This document shows positions 1-9,651 of a stretch of 18,165 nucleotides of DNA, in pieces. The notes below the pieces were generated by a model. That model did not search any database. It saw only the letters and a list, made by a program, of their open reading frames with translations, and was not told where the DNA came from. Position 1 is the first letter of the stretch. Every line of letters begins with the position of its first letter. The DNA is taken from the IMG/VR virus record IMGVR_UViG_2874951433_000003, one strand, 5' to 3'. Both the position numbers and the translations under genes were made by a program. Source of the DNA: a virus. Lineage: Duplodnaviria; Heunggongvirae; Uroviricota; Caudoviricetes.

Positions 1-662
<662 letters not shown>

Positions 663-760
663 AATAGGTGTTTTTCGTCATGAAGTTGATAAAAGTCTAT
701 ATAGAACCACCTCCTGTAGAGGTGGTGGTAATTTGCCAGAGTGTGGGATTCGTTAGTATA

Positions 761-2023
761 CTATGGGATAAACTTATTTTTACCAATTGTATAAGGCGGT
801 GCATAAGATTCTCGGCATGCTTCCAGATAATCCGACCACCACTGCATCATCGCTTTGCGGGCTTCCAGGTGCTCTGCCTTATGAATATAAGCCATGCGCA
901 CGGTATTGCGCTCCTGATGACTCATCTGGCGTTCTACTGCGTCCTTTGCCCATAAACCCGATTCCATCAGCGCACTGCATGCCATTGCCCGGAAGCCGTG
1001 ACCGCAGATATCCTTTTTCGTGTCGTAACCCATCACCCGCAGTGCCTTATTGACCGTGTTTTCACACATTGGCTTATACGGGTTATGGTCGCCGGGGAAG
1101 ATCAGTTCATTATTACCGGTGATATCCTTAATCTGTTTCAGAATGGCGATGGACTGTTCTGAGAGGGGGACGATATGCGGCATTCGCATTTTTGCCCCGC
1201 GGCCGGAATAACGCACGCCAATAATGGGTTCTCGCGTCGCGGGTATCGTCCAGACTCGGTTTGTGAAATCAATCTCTGAGCAGCGGGCGAAACGCAGTTC
1301 ACTGGAGCGAATGAACACATGCAGCATCAGCAGAACGGCATGCCGGGTCAGTTCACGGCCCTGATGATATGCCCCAATACGTTCAAGCAGTTCAGGCAGC
1401 CGCTCCAGCGGCAGGGCAGGATAGTGCCGTCTGACAGGAGGTGTGGTCACGCCGCCAAGGTTTGCTGCAGGGTTCGTATCGATTAACTCCTGATGGACCG
1501 CATGGCGCATTATGTTACTCAGGTGCTGCCGTGTGCGGGACGCAACCTCCAGCAGACCTTTTTCCTCGATCCCTTTCAGCAGGTCAATGAAATGACGGGG
1601 TTTAAGTTCTGATACAGGTAGGTTCCCGATGACCGGAAAGATGTGATTGTTCAGGCTGGCAAGCAGACGGTCGGCGGTGTTCTGCGACCATTTCCTGTTA
1701 CTTTTATGTCACGCCAGCGCCATGTTTTTAAAAACTTTCTCCGGTGTTCGTGAGCCACGTTCAGCAGCCCGCTGCTGTACCGGGTTGATATTCAGCGCCA
1801 GCATTTTACGGATACCTTCACGTTGCTGTCGCGCATCAGACAGGGAGATGGCTGGATAGGCACCCAGCGCAATGCGGGATTCTTTACCGCTAATACGGTA
1901 TTTGAGATACCAGTGGCGGGAGCCACCCGGCTTGACCAGCAGATACAGACCGTGAGAATCGGAGACTTTAAAGGGTTTATCAGAAGGCTTGAGGGTGCGG
2001 ATTTTTGCGTCGGTAAGGGATAT
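761..2023 (-). pseudogene. int: P4/HPI-type tyrosine integrase adjacent to tRNA-Asn, inactivated
   Basis: One reading frame from about 2038 down to 761 encodes ISLTDAKIRTLKPSDKPFKVSDSHGLYLLVKPGGSRHWYLKYR...FKNMALA*HKSNRKWSQNTADRLL...MRHAVHQE... The expected start codon reads ATA (2023..2021) with no in-frame ATG upstream. An in-frame TGA sits at 1711..1709 where I would expect a W codon. The C-terminal 249 aa (761..1510) is the listed ORF. Position just downstream of the tRNA-Asn 3' end is typical of P4-like integrases. Confidence 0.75.
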
Positions 2024-2184
2024 ATGGGGGGCACTCCATTATCGAACTAACCTGATCCCAGATTTGACCACCAATTTTTCCCGATGCGTAGGGTAAAATC
2101 AAAATGCACCGAGAAGAGTTTTCACACTAACCTGTTGAATCAACATCAGATAAAGATTCGCAAGGATGCATGAAAACAGAAAAT

Positions 2185-2260
2185 TGGCTCCTCTGACTGG
2201 ACTCGAACCAGTGACATACGGATTAACAGTCCGCCGTTCTACCGACTGAACTACAGAGGA
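2185..2260 (-). tRNA. asnT: tRNA-Asn (anticodon GUU)
   Basis: Reverse complement reads TCCTCTGTAGTTCAGTCGGTAGAACGGCGGACTGTTAATCCGTATGTCACTGGTTCGAGTCCAGTCAGAGGAGCCA, matching enterobacterial tRNA-Asn with encoded CCA. Symbol asnT inferred from adjacency to mtfA as in E. coli K-12. Confidence 0.9.
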
Positions 2261-2360
2261 ATCGTGAGAACGGGGCGCATATTACTTAGCGGTACCTTGT
2301 CTGTCAACACTAAATTTCATAAGCCATTTCAATTGGTTAATTAATCTTCAAAGTTGTTAA

Positions 2361-3158
2361 TTAATGAACATTCGTCGCTGAAAACGAGTCTGTATCATTA
2401 GCGTGATGCAGTCTCTGCAAAGGATCTTGTTGATAAAATTGACAGAAACGTTGCCACAATGAAGGGAAACGAGGAGCAAAAAGTTCTGGGGCGCTAAAGA
2501 AATATTCAGAAAGTACGGCAAAACATTCAGCAGGATCACTGGCAGCATAAGCATCAATGCTCGCCGCATTCTCACCAACTAATTCGATTTCTTCCTGAAT
2601 GTTGTTCATTGCAGCATGAAGATCGTGTTCCCAGCCAGCAACCTCACGCAACGAAATAAAGGGAACTCCGCTGGCGCGATCGCCGTTACGGGTGTCCAGC
2701 TTATGAGCGACTTCATGAATAATCAGGTTAAAACCAGAAGCATCAAAAGAATCTTGTATATCCAACCAGTTCAAAACGATAGGCCCTTGCTGCCAGCTCT
2801 GACCTGACTGAACAATACGTTGGTTATGCACCAGACCGATATCGTCTTCCCATTCATCATCGACCACAAATGGCGCAGGATAAATTAAGACTTCATGAAA
2901 ACCATCCAGCCATTCCAGTCCTAACTCCAGAACGGGCAGGCAAAATAGAAGTGCTATCCGGCAGCTTCTTAATGAATTCAGCTCAAAGCCCTGTAAAGGA
3001 ACAAGCCGTTTTTGCTGTAAAAAACGTTCGGCAAGAGCGACCAATTTGCTTTGTTCCTGTTCTGTCAGACACGTTAAAAGGGGGATCGATAGTGCTTCCT
3101 GCCAGGGAAGGGCAGTTTGATGTGCTGATTCTTGTACTTTCCAGGGCCACTTAATCAT
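2361..3158 (-). CDS. mtfA: MtfA (Mlc titration factor A), zinc-dependent peptidase with HEVAH motif
   Basis: Protein [23 protein letters not shown]...HEVAHKLD... matches MtfA/YeeI as I recall it. The listed ORF (start 3197) has a 13-codon upstream extension; the start at 3158 is chosen to match the MIKWPW N-terminus. Confidence 0.9.
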   Translation of the reverse strand: MIKWPWKVQESAHQTALPWQEALSIPLLTCLTEQEQSKLVALAERFLQQKRLVPLQGFELNSLRSCRIALLFCLPVLELGLEWLDGFHEVLIYPAPFVVDDEWEDDIGLVHNQRIVQSGQSWQQGPIVLNWLDIQDSFDASGFNLIIHEVAHKLDTRNGDRASGVPFISLREVAGWEHDLHAAMNNIQEEIELVGENAASIDAYAASDPAECFAVLSEYFFSAPELFAPRFPSLWQRFCQFYQQDPLQRLHHANDTDSFSATNVH

Positions 3159-3251
3159 CGTTTTGCTCGCAAACTCGTCACTTGAACAAAATTGCACGGA
3201 CAGGGACTGTTAAAATGCCAAATTTCCTGGCATCATGGCAACCATCTGAAC

Positions 3252-3341
3252 GGAGAGATGCCGGAGCGGCTGAACGGACCGGTCTCGAAAACCGGAGTGG
3301 GGGCAACTCCACCGGGGGTTCAAATCCCCCTCTCTCCGCCA
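3252..3341 (+). tRNA. serU: tRNA-Ser (anticodon CGA)
   Basis: GGAGAGATGCCGGAGCGGCTGAACGGACCGGTCTCGAAAACCGGAGT...CCGCCA: long-variable-arm class II tRNA, anticodon loop CTCGAAA, encoded CCA. Flanked by mtfA as in K-12. Confidence 0.9.
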
Positions 3342-3368
3342 AAATTCAATCACTTATACATCATTAAG

Positions 3369-4406
3369 TCAGTGACAAAAATCACACTTGGAATTTCTTG
3401 GAATATTTTCAGGTAACGGGACATCAAGTGTCGGTGAAACTTTAACCTTCCTGTCATAGATTAGCACTTGCCCCTCGGTTTTGTGACCAGAGAAAAGTTG
3501 CTTATCCCGACTGCTTCCTTCATAGTCTGAAATTCCTTTCGCCTTCAGATCATGAAAGGTGAAGTCGGTTAAAATACCTGAAATTTTGCCTGCGCGATTT
3601 CTTGCTTCTACCCACATTTCGTTAAAGCCTTTGTACATATATCGGTTGCCGTATTGATTGCTGATTACATAGGCGGATGTTGGTAACTGTTTTGCTTTTT
3701 CGATCGCCGCCTGTAATCGTGGACTCCATGCTTTTATCTGTTTTTTTCCTGTTTTCCCTTGCTGGATAAAGATCCCGTCGTTTCCAATCTGCTCCCATTT
3801 CAGCGATAACACATCGGAAACCCTCGCTGCACACAGATAGGCAATTTCCATTGCGATAAAAACAGGAAGAGGTGCAACGCTTAATACTGCCTGGTATTCT
3901 TTGTCGGTTACATATCGTTCGCGGTTTTTGGCCTTGAATTTACTTACACCTGCACATGGGTTAGCCTTCACGTACCCTCGCTCATACCCCCAACTGTAAA
4001 CGCGGGACATACTGCTTTTTTCATGGTTGGCTTGCGTTTTACTCTGTTCCCCTCTCTTGTCCATGTATCGACGGATGTGTTCTGGTTTTATGGAATCTGC
4101 CGGCACCTTACCGAATACGGCAAGCAACTTTTTTTGATGTTGCAGATAATCTTTTTGTGTTCTTGGACTGAGGTCACTGTAATAGGCGCTGGCGAGGAAT
4201 TTTTCCCACAAGCGACCGAATGTCATTGCACGATCGCGATTATTTACAGTTTCCTCATACTTTTTCCATAAAGCAGCTAAACCATCCTTGATGGCGGTTA
4301 GTGTTACAGATTCTCTGGATGTTGGTTTCCATACATAACTATATTTATTTGGGTATACATTTGGAGGTAATTTTTCGTGTTCAGGATTTTTCCTTCGTCT
4401 TCCCAT
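3369..4406 (-). CDS. int: Lambdoid phage integrase (tyrosine recombinase), prophage integrated at serU
   Basis: 345-aa ORF starting MGRRRKNPEHEKLPPNVYPN..., lambda-Int-like N-terminus and C-terminal catalytic region. The 3' end lies 27 bp from the tRNA-Ser 3' end, the standard att arrangement. Confidence 0.85.
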   Translation of the reverse strand: MGRRRKNPEHEKLPPNVYPNKYSYVWKPTSRESVTLTAIKDGLAALWKKYEETVNNRDRAMTFGRLWEKFLASAYYSDLSPRTQKDYLQHQKKLLAVFGKVPADSIKPEHIRRYMDKRGEQSKTQANHEKSSMSRVYSWGYERGYVKANPCAGVSKFKAKNRERYVTDKEYQAVLSVAPLPVFIAMEIAYLCAARVSDVLSLKWEQIGNDGIFIQQGKTGKKQIKAWSPRLQAAIEKAKQLPTSAYVISNQYGNRYMYKGFNEMWVEARNRAGKISGILTDFTFHDLKAKGISDYEGSSRDKQLFSGHKTEGQVLIYDRKVKVSPTLDVPLPENIPRNSKCDFCH

Positions 4407-4559
4407 CAGATCGCACCAAAATTCGGCTCTACCTCGCGTGGTGGTAAAGTTTTATTGCAGGTAAATAGCTCCCGGCTGACAATCGGTTTGCCACTACGAT
4501 TGGTATAGAACGGAAGCCCGTTTTCCATTAACCATTTTCGCTGGTGGCTTGCATATTTG
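4406..4559 (-). pseudogene. Putative excisionase (xis) remnant, 5' end removed by IS1 insertion
   Basis: Minus-strand frame reads ...ASHQRKWLMENGLPFYTNRSGKPIVSRELFTCNKTLPPREVEPNFGAI* with its TGA overlapping the int ATG (TGATG). The frame runs into the IS1 end at 4560 without a start. Identity as Xis is inferred from position and overlap only. Confidence 0.35.
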
Positions 4560-4614
4560 GGTAATGCTGCCAACTTACTGATTTAGTGTATGATGGTGAT
4601 TTTAAGGTGCTTGC

Positions 4615-4890
4615 GTGGCTTCCATTTCCATCAGATGTCCTTCCTGCTCCGCTACTGAAGGCGTGGTGCGTAACGGCAAAAGCACTGCCGGACATCAGCG
4701 CTATCTCTGCTCTCATTGCCGTAAAACATGGCAACTACAGTTCACTTACACCGCCTCTCAGCCCGGTACGCACCAGAAAATCATTGATATGGCCATGAAT
4801 GGCGTCGGATGTCGCGCCAGTGCACGCATTATGGGCGTTGGCCTCAACACGGTTTTACGTCACTTAAAAAACTCAGGCCGCAGTCGGTAA
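4615..4890 (+). CDS. insA: IS1 InsA
   Basis: 91-aa [46 protein letters not shown]..., the canonical IS1 InsA zinc-finger protein. Confidence 0.92.
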   Translation: MASISIRCPSCSATEGVVRNGKSTAGHQRYLCSHCRKTWQLQFTYTASQPGTHQKIIDMAMNGVGCRASARIMGVGLNTVLRHLKNSGRSR

Positions 4891-5312
4891 CCTCGCGCAT
4901 ACAACCGGGCAGTGATGTGATTGTCTGCGCTGAAATGGACGAACATTGGGGCTACGTCGGTGCTAAATCACGTCAGCGCTGGCTGTTTTACGCGTATGAC
5001 AGGATACGGAGGACGGTTGTGGCGCACGTCTTCGGTGAACGCACTCTGGCCACACTGGAGCGTCTTCTGAGCCTGCTGTCGGCCTTTGAGGTCGTGGTAT
5101 GGATGACGGATGGCTGGCCGCTGTATGAATCACGCCTGAAGGGAAAGCTGCACGTTATCAGCAAGCGTTACACTCAGCGCATTGAGCGACATAATCTGAA
5201 TCTGAGACAACATCTGGCAAGGCTGGGACGGAAGTCACTGTCGTTCTCAAAATCGGTGGAGCTGCATGACAAGGTCATCGGGCATTATCTGAACATAAAA
5301 CACTATCAGTAA
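4809..5312 (+). CDS. insB: IS1 InsB reading frame (normally expressed as InsAB' by -1 frameshift)
   Basis: 167-aa ORF ...[29 protein letters not shown]..., canonical IS1 InsB. Confidence 0.9.
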   Translation: MSRQCTHYGRWPQHGFTSLKKLRPQSVTSRIQPGSDVIVCAEMDEHWGYVGAKSRQRWLFYAYDRIRRTVVAHVFGERTLATLERLLSLLSAFEVVVWMTDGWPLYESRLKGKLHVISKRYTQRIERHNLNLRQHLARLGRKSLSFSKSVELHDKVIGHYLNIKHYQ

Positions 5313-5443
5313 GTTGGAGTCATTACCCATATTTGCAGCCCGTTAATATTAGCAATTCATCTTCGGTTAAAAATAAGCTGCTCATAGCTATATCTCATAA
5401 CCGCCGCTAACTATATACGGTTAGCGGCAATTAGGGTTGAACA

Positions 5444-5749
5444 TTAAAAATCAGCCTGACTCGGGATCAGTTTTTGCCAGATAGCTGAAACGTATTTTGC
5501 CTGGTAACGAGCGTCATCAAGTGCATTATGGCGCTCACCTTCGAATGGAATAGCCGTTCTGGCATCGAAGTCTATGGCTTTCCCCAGCTCAACGATTGTG
5601 CGTACATCGCGATCGTTGTAGTAACGCCACGGGCAGGGGATCCCCTGCCGTTCGTATGAACGGCGCAAAATCGTGTTGTCGAAGTTGGCTCCATTTCCCC
5701 AGACCTGAACAAAAAATTCACCGGAGTTTTCGTCGATAAATTCCCGCAA
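5444..5749 (-). pseudogene. DnaQ-like (DEDDh) 3'-5' exonuclease, C-terminal fragment; N-terminus removed by IS1
   Basis: 101-aa ORF with a HNALDDARYQAKY motif typical of the exonuclease III motif of DEDDh nucleases. The reading frame is cut at the IS1 end at 5773. Orientation matches a lambdoid early-left operon. Confidence 0.55.
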
Positions 5750-5787
5750 TTGTAACAGTGCATCATCTAACGGGTAATGACTCCAAC

Positions 5788-6291
5788 TTACTGATAGTGT
5801 TTTATGTTCAGATAATGCCCGATGACCTTGTCATGCAGCTCCACCGATTTTGAGAACGACAGTGACTTCCGTACCAGCCTTGCCAGATGTTGTCTCAGAT
5901 TCAGATTATGTCGCTCAATGCGCTGAGTGTAACGCTTGCTGATAACGTGCAGCTTTCCCTTCAGGCGTGATTCATACAGCGGCCAGCCATCCGTCATCCA
6001 TACCACGACCTCAAAGGCCGACAGCAGGCTCAGAAGACGCTCCAGTGTGGCCAGAGTGCGTTCACCGAAGACGTGCGCCACAACCGTCCTCCGTATCCTG
6101 TCATACGCGTAAAACAGCCAGCGCTGACGTGATTTAGCACCGACGTAGCCCCAATGTTCGTCCATTTCAGCGCAGACAATCACATCACTGCCCGGTTGTA
6201 TGCGCGAGGTTACCGACTGCGGCCTGAGTTTTTTAAGTGACGTAAAACCGTGTTGAGGCCAACGCCCATAATGCGTGCACTGGCGCGACAT
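5788..6291 (-). CDS. insB: IS1 InsB reading frame
   Basis: 167-aa ORF identical to the other copy except one residue (LARLVRK versus LARLGRK). Confidence 0.9.
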   Translation of the reverse strand: MSRQCTHYGRWPQHGFTSLKKLRPQSVTSRIQPGSDVIVCAEMDEHWGYVGAKSRQRWLFYAYDRIRRTVVAHVFGERTLATLERLLSLLSAFEVVVWMTDGWPLYESRLKGKLHVISKRYTQRIERHNLNLRQHLARLVRKSLSFSKSVELHDKVIGHYLNIKHYQ

Positions 6292-6485
6292 CCGACGCCA
6301 TTCATGGCCATATCAATGATTTTCTGGTGCGTACCGGGCTGAGAGGCGGTGTAAGTGAACTGTAGTTGCCATGTTTTACGGCAATGAGAGCAGAGATAGC
6401 GCTGATGTCCGGCAGTGCTTTTGCCGTTACGCACCACGCCTTCAGTAGCGGAGCAGGAAGGACATCTGATGGAAATGGAAGCCAC
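6210..6485 (-). CDS. insA: IS1 InsA
   Basis: 91-aa ORF identical to the InsA of the first copy. Confidence 0.92.
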   Translation of the reverse strand: MASISIRCPSCSATEGVVRNGKSTAGHQRYLCSHCRKTWQLQFTYTASQPGTHQKIIDMAMNGVGCRASARIMGVGLNTVLRHLKNSGRSR

Positions 6486-6549
6486 GCAAGCACCTTAAAA
6501 TCACCATCATACACTAAATCAGTAAGTTGGCAGCATTACCAGGGCGGTA

Positions 6550-6972
6550 ATGAAAATGACTGAATTAACAAAAGAACAATTAATCGAAGAAGCCAAATTA
6601 AAAATAGCGATTACGAAATGCCACCCCAATTCAGGGATGGCGCGAGTAGAGGGCGAGTTATTCAAAATTGCACGGGCATCGCTGGAAGCAGAGCCGATAG
6701 CGTGGCGATATCGCTACGTGAAAAAAGGTGTTATGGACTCTCAGGGGGAGTTGTGGGTTGGTGACTGGAAATATGTACCGAAAAAAGAGGATTGTAACGA
6801 CAGGCCGAACTATGAAATTCAGGCCTTATTCACTGCCCCACCAGTCCCGGTTACATCAGAAGAACTGGTTAAAGCTGTGCACTTTTATGAACAACTAAAA
6901 CGCGAAAATCCACCAGCATCCGGCAACCAGATTAATGGGTTAACTATGTCGGTTAAACGACCAGCCAACTGA
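6550..6972 (+). CDS. Hypothetical prophage cargo protein (140 aa), no recognisable domain
   Basis: ORF begins 10 bp after the IS1 end with MKMTELTKEQLIEEAKLKIA...; soluble-looking composition, no motif I can assign. Confidence 0.5.
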   Translation: MKMTELTKEQLIEEAKLKIAITKCHPNSGMARVEGELFKIARASLEAEPIAWRYRYVKKGVMDSQGELWVGDWKYVPKKEDCNDRPNYEIQALFTAPPVPVTSEELVKAVHFYEQLKRENPPASGNQINGLTMSVKRPAN

Positions 6973-7184
6973 AAAAGCGGAAACCTGATTATAGGTTGCC
7001 AGATAAGGCAATAAGCTACCTGGCGCGGAACGGACTGATAAGTATGGGGAATGTTTTACGATGAGTATTTAGACTAAAGAGTTTGTAACGCTATGTAAGT
7101 GATTTTTTCTGGTTTAGATATTTATATGTCCGGCCAAATTGAGGTGTGTTTAAATGTTATTGCACATTGATTGTAGGGGGAATA

Positions 7185-7364
7185 ATGAAAAACGCATTGC
7201 AGTTTTTGTTTGTTGCGTTCTGGTTGTTCGCATCATGTATGCCCATCATCTTCACAGCAAGGTATATGGAAAAAATTGATGTTTTGATATTAATGTTTGG
7301 ACATATAAATGCCCTTTTTTTAGGGGTGTTCATGGCGGTCATGTGCATTGAATACTGGCGGTAA
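7185..7364 (+). CDS. Small hydrophobic (predicted membrane) protein, 59 aa
   Basis: Internal ATG of the listed 7146..7364 ORF, preceded by GGGGGAATA, giving MKNALQFLFVAFWLFASCMPIIF...LGVFMAVMCIEYWR with two hydrophobic segments. AT-rich context. Confidence 0.4.
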   Translation: MKNALQFLFVAFWLFASCMPIIFTARYMEKIDVLILMFGHINALFLGVFMAVMCIEYWR

Positions 7365-7623
7365 ATACAGCGAACGCTATTGGTTTAGTTGGATATTTAC
7401 TGTGCCGGACAAAAACGGTTTGCAGGGAAATCTTAGTTAAGTAGAATGACTGCGGGTGCTTGAGGCTATCTGTCTCAGGCATGAACACCAAAAGGCAGAT
7501 AGAGAAAAGCCCCAGTTAACATTACGCGTCCTGCAAGACGCTTAACATTAATCTGAGGCTCAATCCATGCTGAACACATGTAGGTTAGCCTCTTACGTGC
7601 CGAAAGGCAAGGAGAAGCAGGCT

Positions 7624-7779
7624 ATGAAGCAGCAAAAGGCGATGTTAATCGCCCTTATCGTCATCTGTTTAACCGTCATAGTGACGGCACTGGTAACGAG
7701 GAAAGACCTCTGCGAGGTACGAATCCGAACCGGCCAGACGGAGGTCGCTGTCTTCACAGCTTACGAACCTGAGGAGTAA
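7624..7779 (+). CDS. hokD: Hok/Gef-family type I toxin (51 aa), RelF/HokD-like
   Basis: MKQQKAMLIALIVICLTVIVTALVTRKDLCEVRIRTGQTEVAVFTAYEPEE matches the HokD/RelF sequence as I recall it. The listed ORF from 7567 is a 19-codon in-frame extension. Confidence 0.85.
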   Translation: MKQQKAMLIALIVICLTVIVTALVTRKDLCEVRIRTGQTEVAVFTAYEPEE

Positions 7780-7847
7780 GAGACCCGGCGGGGGAGAAAT
7801 CCCTCGCCACCGCTGATGTGTCAGGCATCCTCAACGCACCCGCACTT

Positions 7848-7876
7848 AACCCGCTTCGGCGGGTTTTGTTTTTTCT
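7848..7876 (+). terminator. Rho-independent terminator downstream of hok
   Basis: AACCCGC-TTCG-GCGGGTT hairpin followed by TTGTTTTTT. Confidence 0.6.
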
Positions 7877-7946
7877 GGTCGTTCTGGTTTACAATCCATC
7901 CGTCAGCCTGAACAACTGGCACCTGCTGCGCCAGCAGAGAAAACAG

Positions 7947-8225
7947 ATGGCGCACGATACCAAATTTTACAATTCGGATAACTCTGCCGCCCCTGCCAGC
8001 AGGCACGGGCGGCGTTCTCATGCATTCAAATCTGACGGGTATCAGCACGACCCCTGCACCGAAGAACAGGCTGAATGGCTGATTCAGCGCTACCGCAGAC
8101 ACGGATACGAGATTAAGAAAGCCCTCAGTCTCGATTATCGTCACTGGATAATCTTCGTCAGGCTCCCTTATTCCGAACGGCCACCGCGTCCGTCCTGCAC
8201 ATTCCAGCAACGGATCTGGAGGTAA
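7947..8225 (+). CDS. Hypothetical prophage protein (92 aa), possibly Rem-like by position
   Basis: ATG at 7947 preceded by AGAGAAAACAG; product MAHDTKFYNSDNSAAPASRHGRR... Sits between hok and the next ORF as rem does in K-12 Qin (hokD-rem-ydfU). Assignment is by synteny only. Confidence 0.45.
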   Translation: MAHDTKFYNSDNSAAPASRHGRRSHAFKSDGYQHDPCTEEQAEWLIQRYRRHGYEIKKALSLDYRHWIIFVRLPYSERPPRPSCTFQQRIWR

Positions 8226-8226
8226 T

Positions 8227-8643
8227 GTGCGGGTATTACTTCGACCTGTTCTGGTTCCGGAACTCGGGCTGGTGGTCCTTAAGCCAGGCCGTGAATCCAT
8301 GCCGGTATTCCACAATACCCGGGTACTGGTGGAGCCGGAACCGAAAAGCATGCGTAATCTGCCGTCCGGGGTCGTTCCTGCCGTTCGCCAGCCGCTAGTG
8401 GAAGACAAAACATTGCTGCCGTTTTTCAGTAACGCACGGGTGATTCGTGCTGCTGGTGGTGCTGGCGCATTGTCTGACTGGCTATTGCGCCATATTAAAT
8501 CCTGCCAGTGGCCACACGGCGATTATCATCACAGCGAAACCGTCATTCACCGTTATGGTACCGGCGCAATGGTGTTGTGCTGGCACTGCGACAACCAGTT
8601 GCGTGACCAGACATCCGAATCACTCGAGCAACTTGCTCATTAA
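8227..8643 (+). CDS. Hypothetical prophage protein, possibly the N-terminal part of a YdfU-like gene
   Basis: ORF starts at GTG 8227 after GGAGG and TAA; the C-terminal half looks protein-like (QWPHGDYHHSETVIHRYGTGAMVLCWHCDNQL). Same frame as the 8659 ORF, separated by TAA at 8641..8643 and 8650..8652. Confidence 0.4.
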   Translation: MRVLLRPVLVPELGLVVLKPGRESMPVFHNTRVLVEPEPKSMRNLPSGVVPAVRQPLVEDKTLLPFFSNARVIRAAGGAGALSDWLLRHIKSCQWPHGDYHHSETVIHRYGTGAMVLCWHCDNQLRDQTSESLEQLAH

Positions 8644-8658
8644 AACCTGTAAGCATGG

Positions 8659-9285
8659 ATGATTGACGTCATCGGTCACGCAATAAGCGGTACGCAGGAG
8701 CGTGAATTATCTCTGGCTGAATTATCCTGGTGGGCGGTCCGCAATCAGGTGGCGGACGCGCTACCGGAAGCGGTATTACGTCGTTCGCTGGGGTTGCGTG
8801 CGGAAAAAATCCGCTCAATGTACCGTGAAAGCGACATCGTGCCGGGAGAGCAGACCGCCACCAGCATACTGAAGCAGCGCACAAAAAATCTTGCGCCGCT
8901 GCCTCACGCCCACCAGCAACAGAATCCACCACAGGAAGAGACGGTGGTCAGCATTGCCGTTGATCCGGAATCTCCGGCTCAGTATCTCCAGCGCCAGAAA
9001 CCACAACGGGAAGAGATGCCTGTATACACGCGCTGGGTAAAAACGCAGAAATGCATGACGTGTGGCAATCAGGCAGATGATCCGCACCACATCATTGGTC
9101 ATGGACTGGGAGGGATGGGAACAAAGGCTGACGATTTGTTTGTTATTCCGCTGTGTCGTAAATGCCATAACGAACTACACGCCGGGGTAAAAGATTTTGA
9201 AGAAAAACACGGTAGTCAGTTGTTGTTGCTGATTCGTTTTTTAATGCACGCGAGAAATTCGGGTGTTCTGAAGTGGAAAGCATAA
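8659..9285 (+). CDS. Prophage protein with HNH/zinc-finger-like motif (YdfU-like C-terminal part)
   Basis: 208-aa ORF containing CMTCGN...DDPHHIIGHGLGGMGTKADDLFVIPLCRKCHNELH (Cys/His cluster). Family assignment is from memory of Qin ydfU and is tentative. Confidence 0.55.
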   Translation: MIDVIGHAISGTQERELSLAELSWWAVRNQVADALPEAVLRRSLGLRAEKIRSMYRESDIVPGEQTATSILKQRTKNLAPLPHAHQQQNPPQEETVVSIAVDPESPAQYLQRQKPQREEMPVYTRWVKTQKCMTCGNQADDPHHIIGHGLGGMGTKADDLFVIPLCRKCHNELHAGVKDFEEKHGSQLLLLIRFLMHARNSGVLKWKA

Positions 9286-9651
9286 ATGACCGAACGCATA
9301 GAATTTGTTTTGCCTTACCCGCCAACGGTGAACACCTACTGGCGACGTCGTGGCAGCACATATTTTGTATCAAAAGCCGGTGAGCGTTATCGCCGTGATG
9401 TGGCGCTAATTGTTCGCCAGCAGCGACTGAAATTAAACCTGTCCGGAAGGCTGGCGATAAAGATTATTGCAGAGCCACCGGATAAGCGCCGTCGTGACCT
9501 GGACAATATCCTGAAGGCACCGCTGGATGCGCTGACGCATGCTGGACTACTTATAGACGACGAGCAGTTTGATGAAATCAATATTGTGCGCGGTCAGCTC
9601 GTTCCTGGTGGGCGGCTGGGGATAAAAATCACAGAACTGGGGTGCGCATGA
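9286..9651 (+). CDS. rusA: RusA-family Holliday junction resolvase
   Basis: 121-aa ORF MTERIEFVLPYPPTVNTYWRRRG...DKRRRDLDNILKAPLDALTHAGLLIDDEQ..., colinear with E. coli RusA including the RRRDLDN catalytic region. Confidence 0.85.
   Translation: MTERIEFVLPYPPTVNTYWRRRGSTYFVSKAGERYRRDVALIVRQQRLKLNLSGRLAIKIIAEPPDKRRRDLDNILKAPLDALTHAGLLIDDEQFDEINIVRGQLVPGGRLGIKITELGCA

Larger units (their letters stand above)
4560..5327 (+). mobile_element. IS1 (768 bp), complete, with 8-bp target-site duplication CATATTTG
   Basis: Termini GGTAATGCTGCCAACTTACTGAT (4560..) and ...AAGTTGGAGTCATTACC (..5327). The 8 bp at 4552..4559 and 5328..5335 are both CATATTTG. Confidence 0.95.
5773..6540 (-). mobile_element. 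IS1 (768 bp), complete, inverted relative to the first copy, no target-site duplication
   Basis: Termini GGTAATGACTCCAACTTACTGAT (5773..) and ...CAGCATTACC (..6540). Flanking 8-mers ATCTAACG and AGGGCGGT differ. Confidence 0.95.

Noticed and set aside
668-1053. Plus-strand ORFs 668..955 and 787..1053
   Set aside because: Lie antisense within the integrase pseudogene, which has clear family identity on the minus strand.
3182-3416. ORFs 3182..3367 and 3192..3416
   Set aside because: Overlap tRNA-Ser and the mtfA/int intergenic region; the products are low-complexity.
6973-7623. RelB/RelE antitoxin-toxin genes expected upstream of hokD by analogy with K-12
   Set aside because: No ORFs of suitable size or sequence are present; the region holds only the small membrane ORF and AT-rich leader.
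8225-8398. 57-aa alternative-frame ORF (MCGYYFDLFWFRNSGWWSL...) starting at the ATG that overlaps the rem-like stop
   Set aside because: Embedded in the other frame of the 8227 ORF, RBS spacing is only 2 nt, and there is no recognisable family. Cannot be distinguished from chance.
7821-8408. 195-aa ORF on the minus strand
   Set aside because: Antisense to the rem-like and ydfU-like plus-strand genes, which have synteny support. Composition is S/T/R/G/P-rich, typical of reverse-frame artefacts in GC-rich coding DNA.
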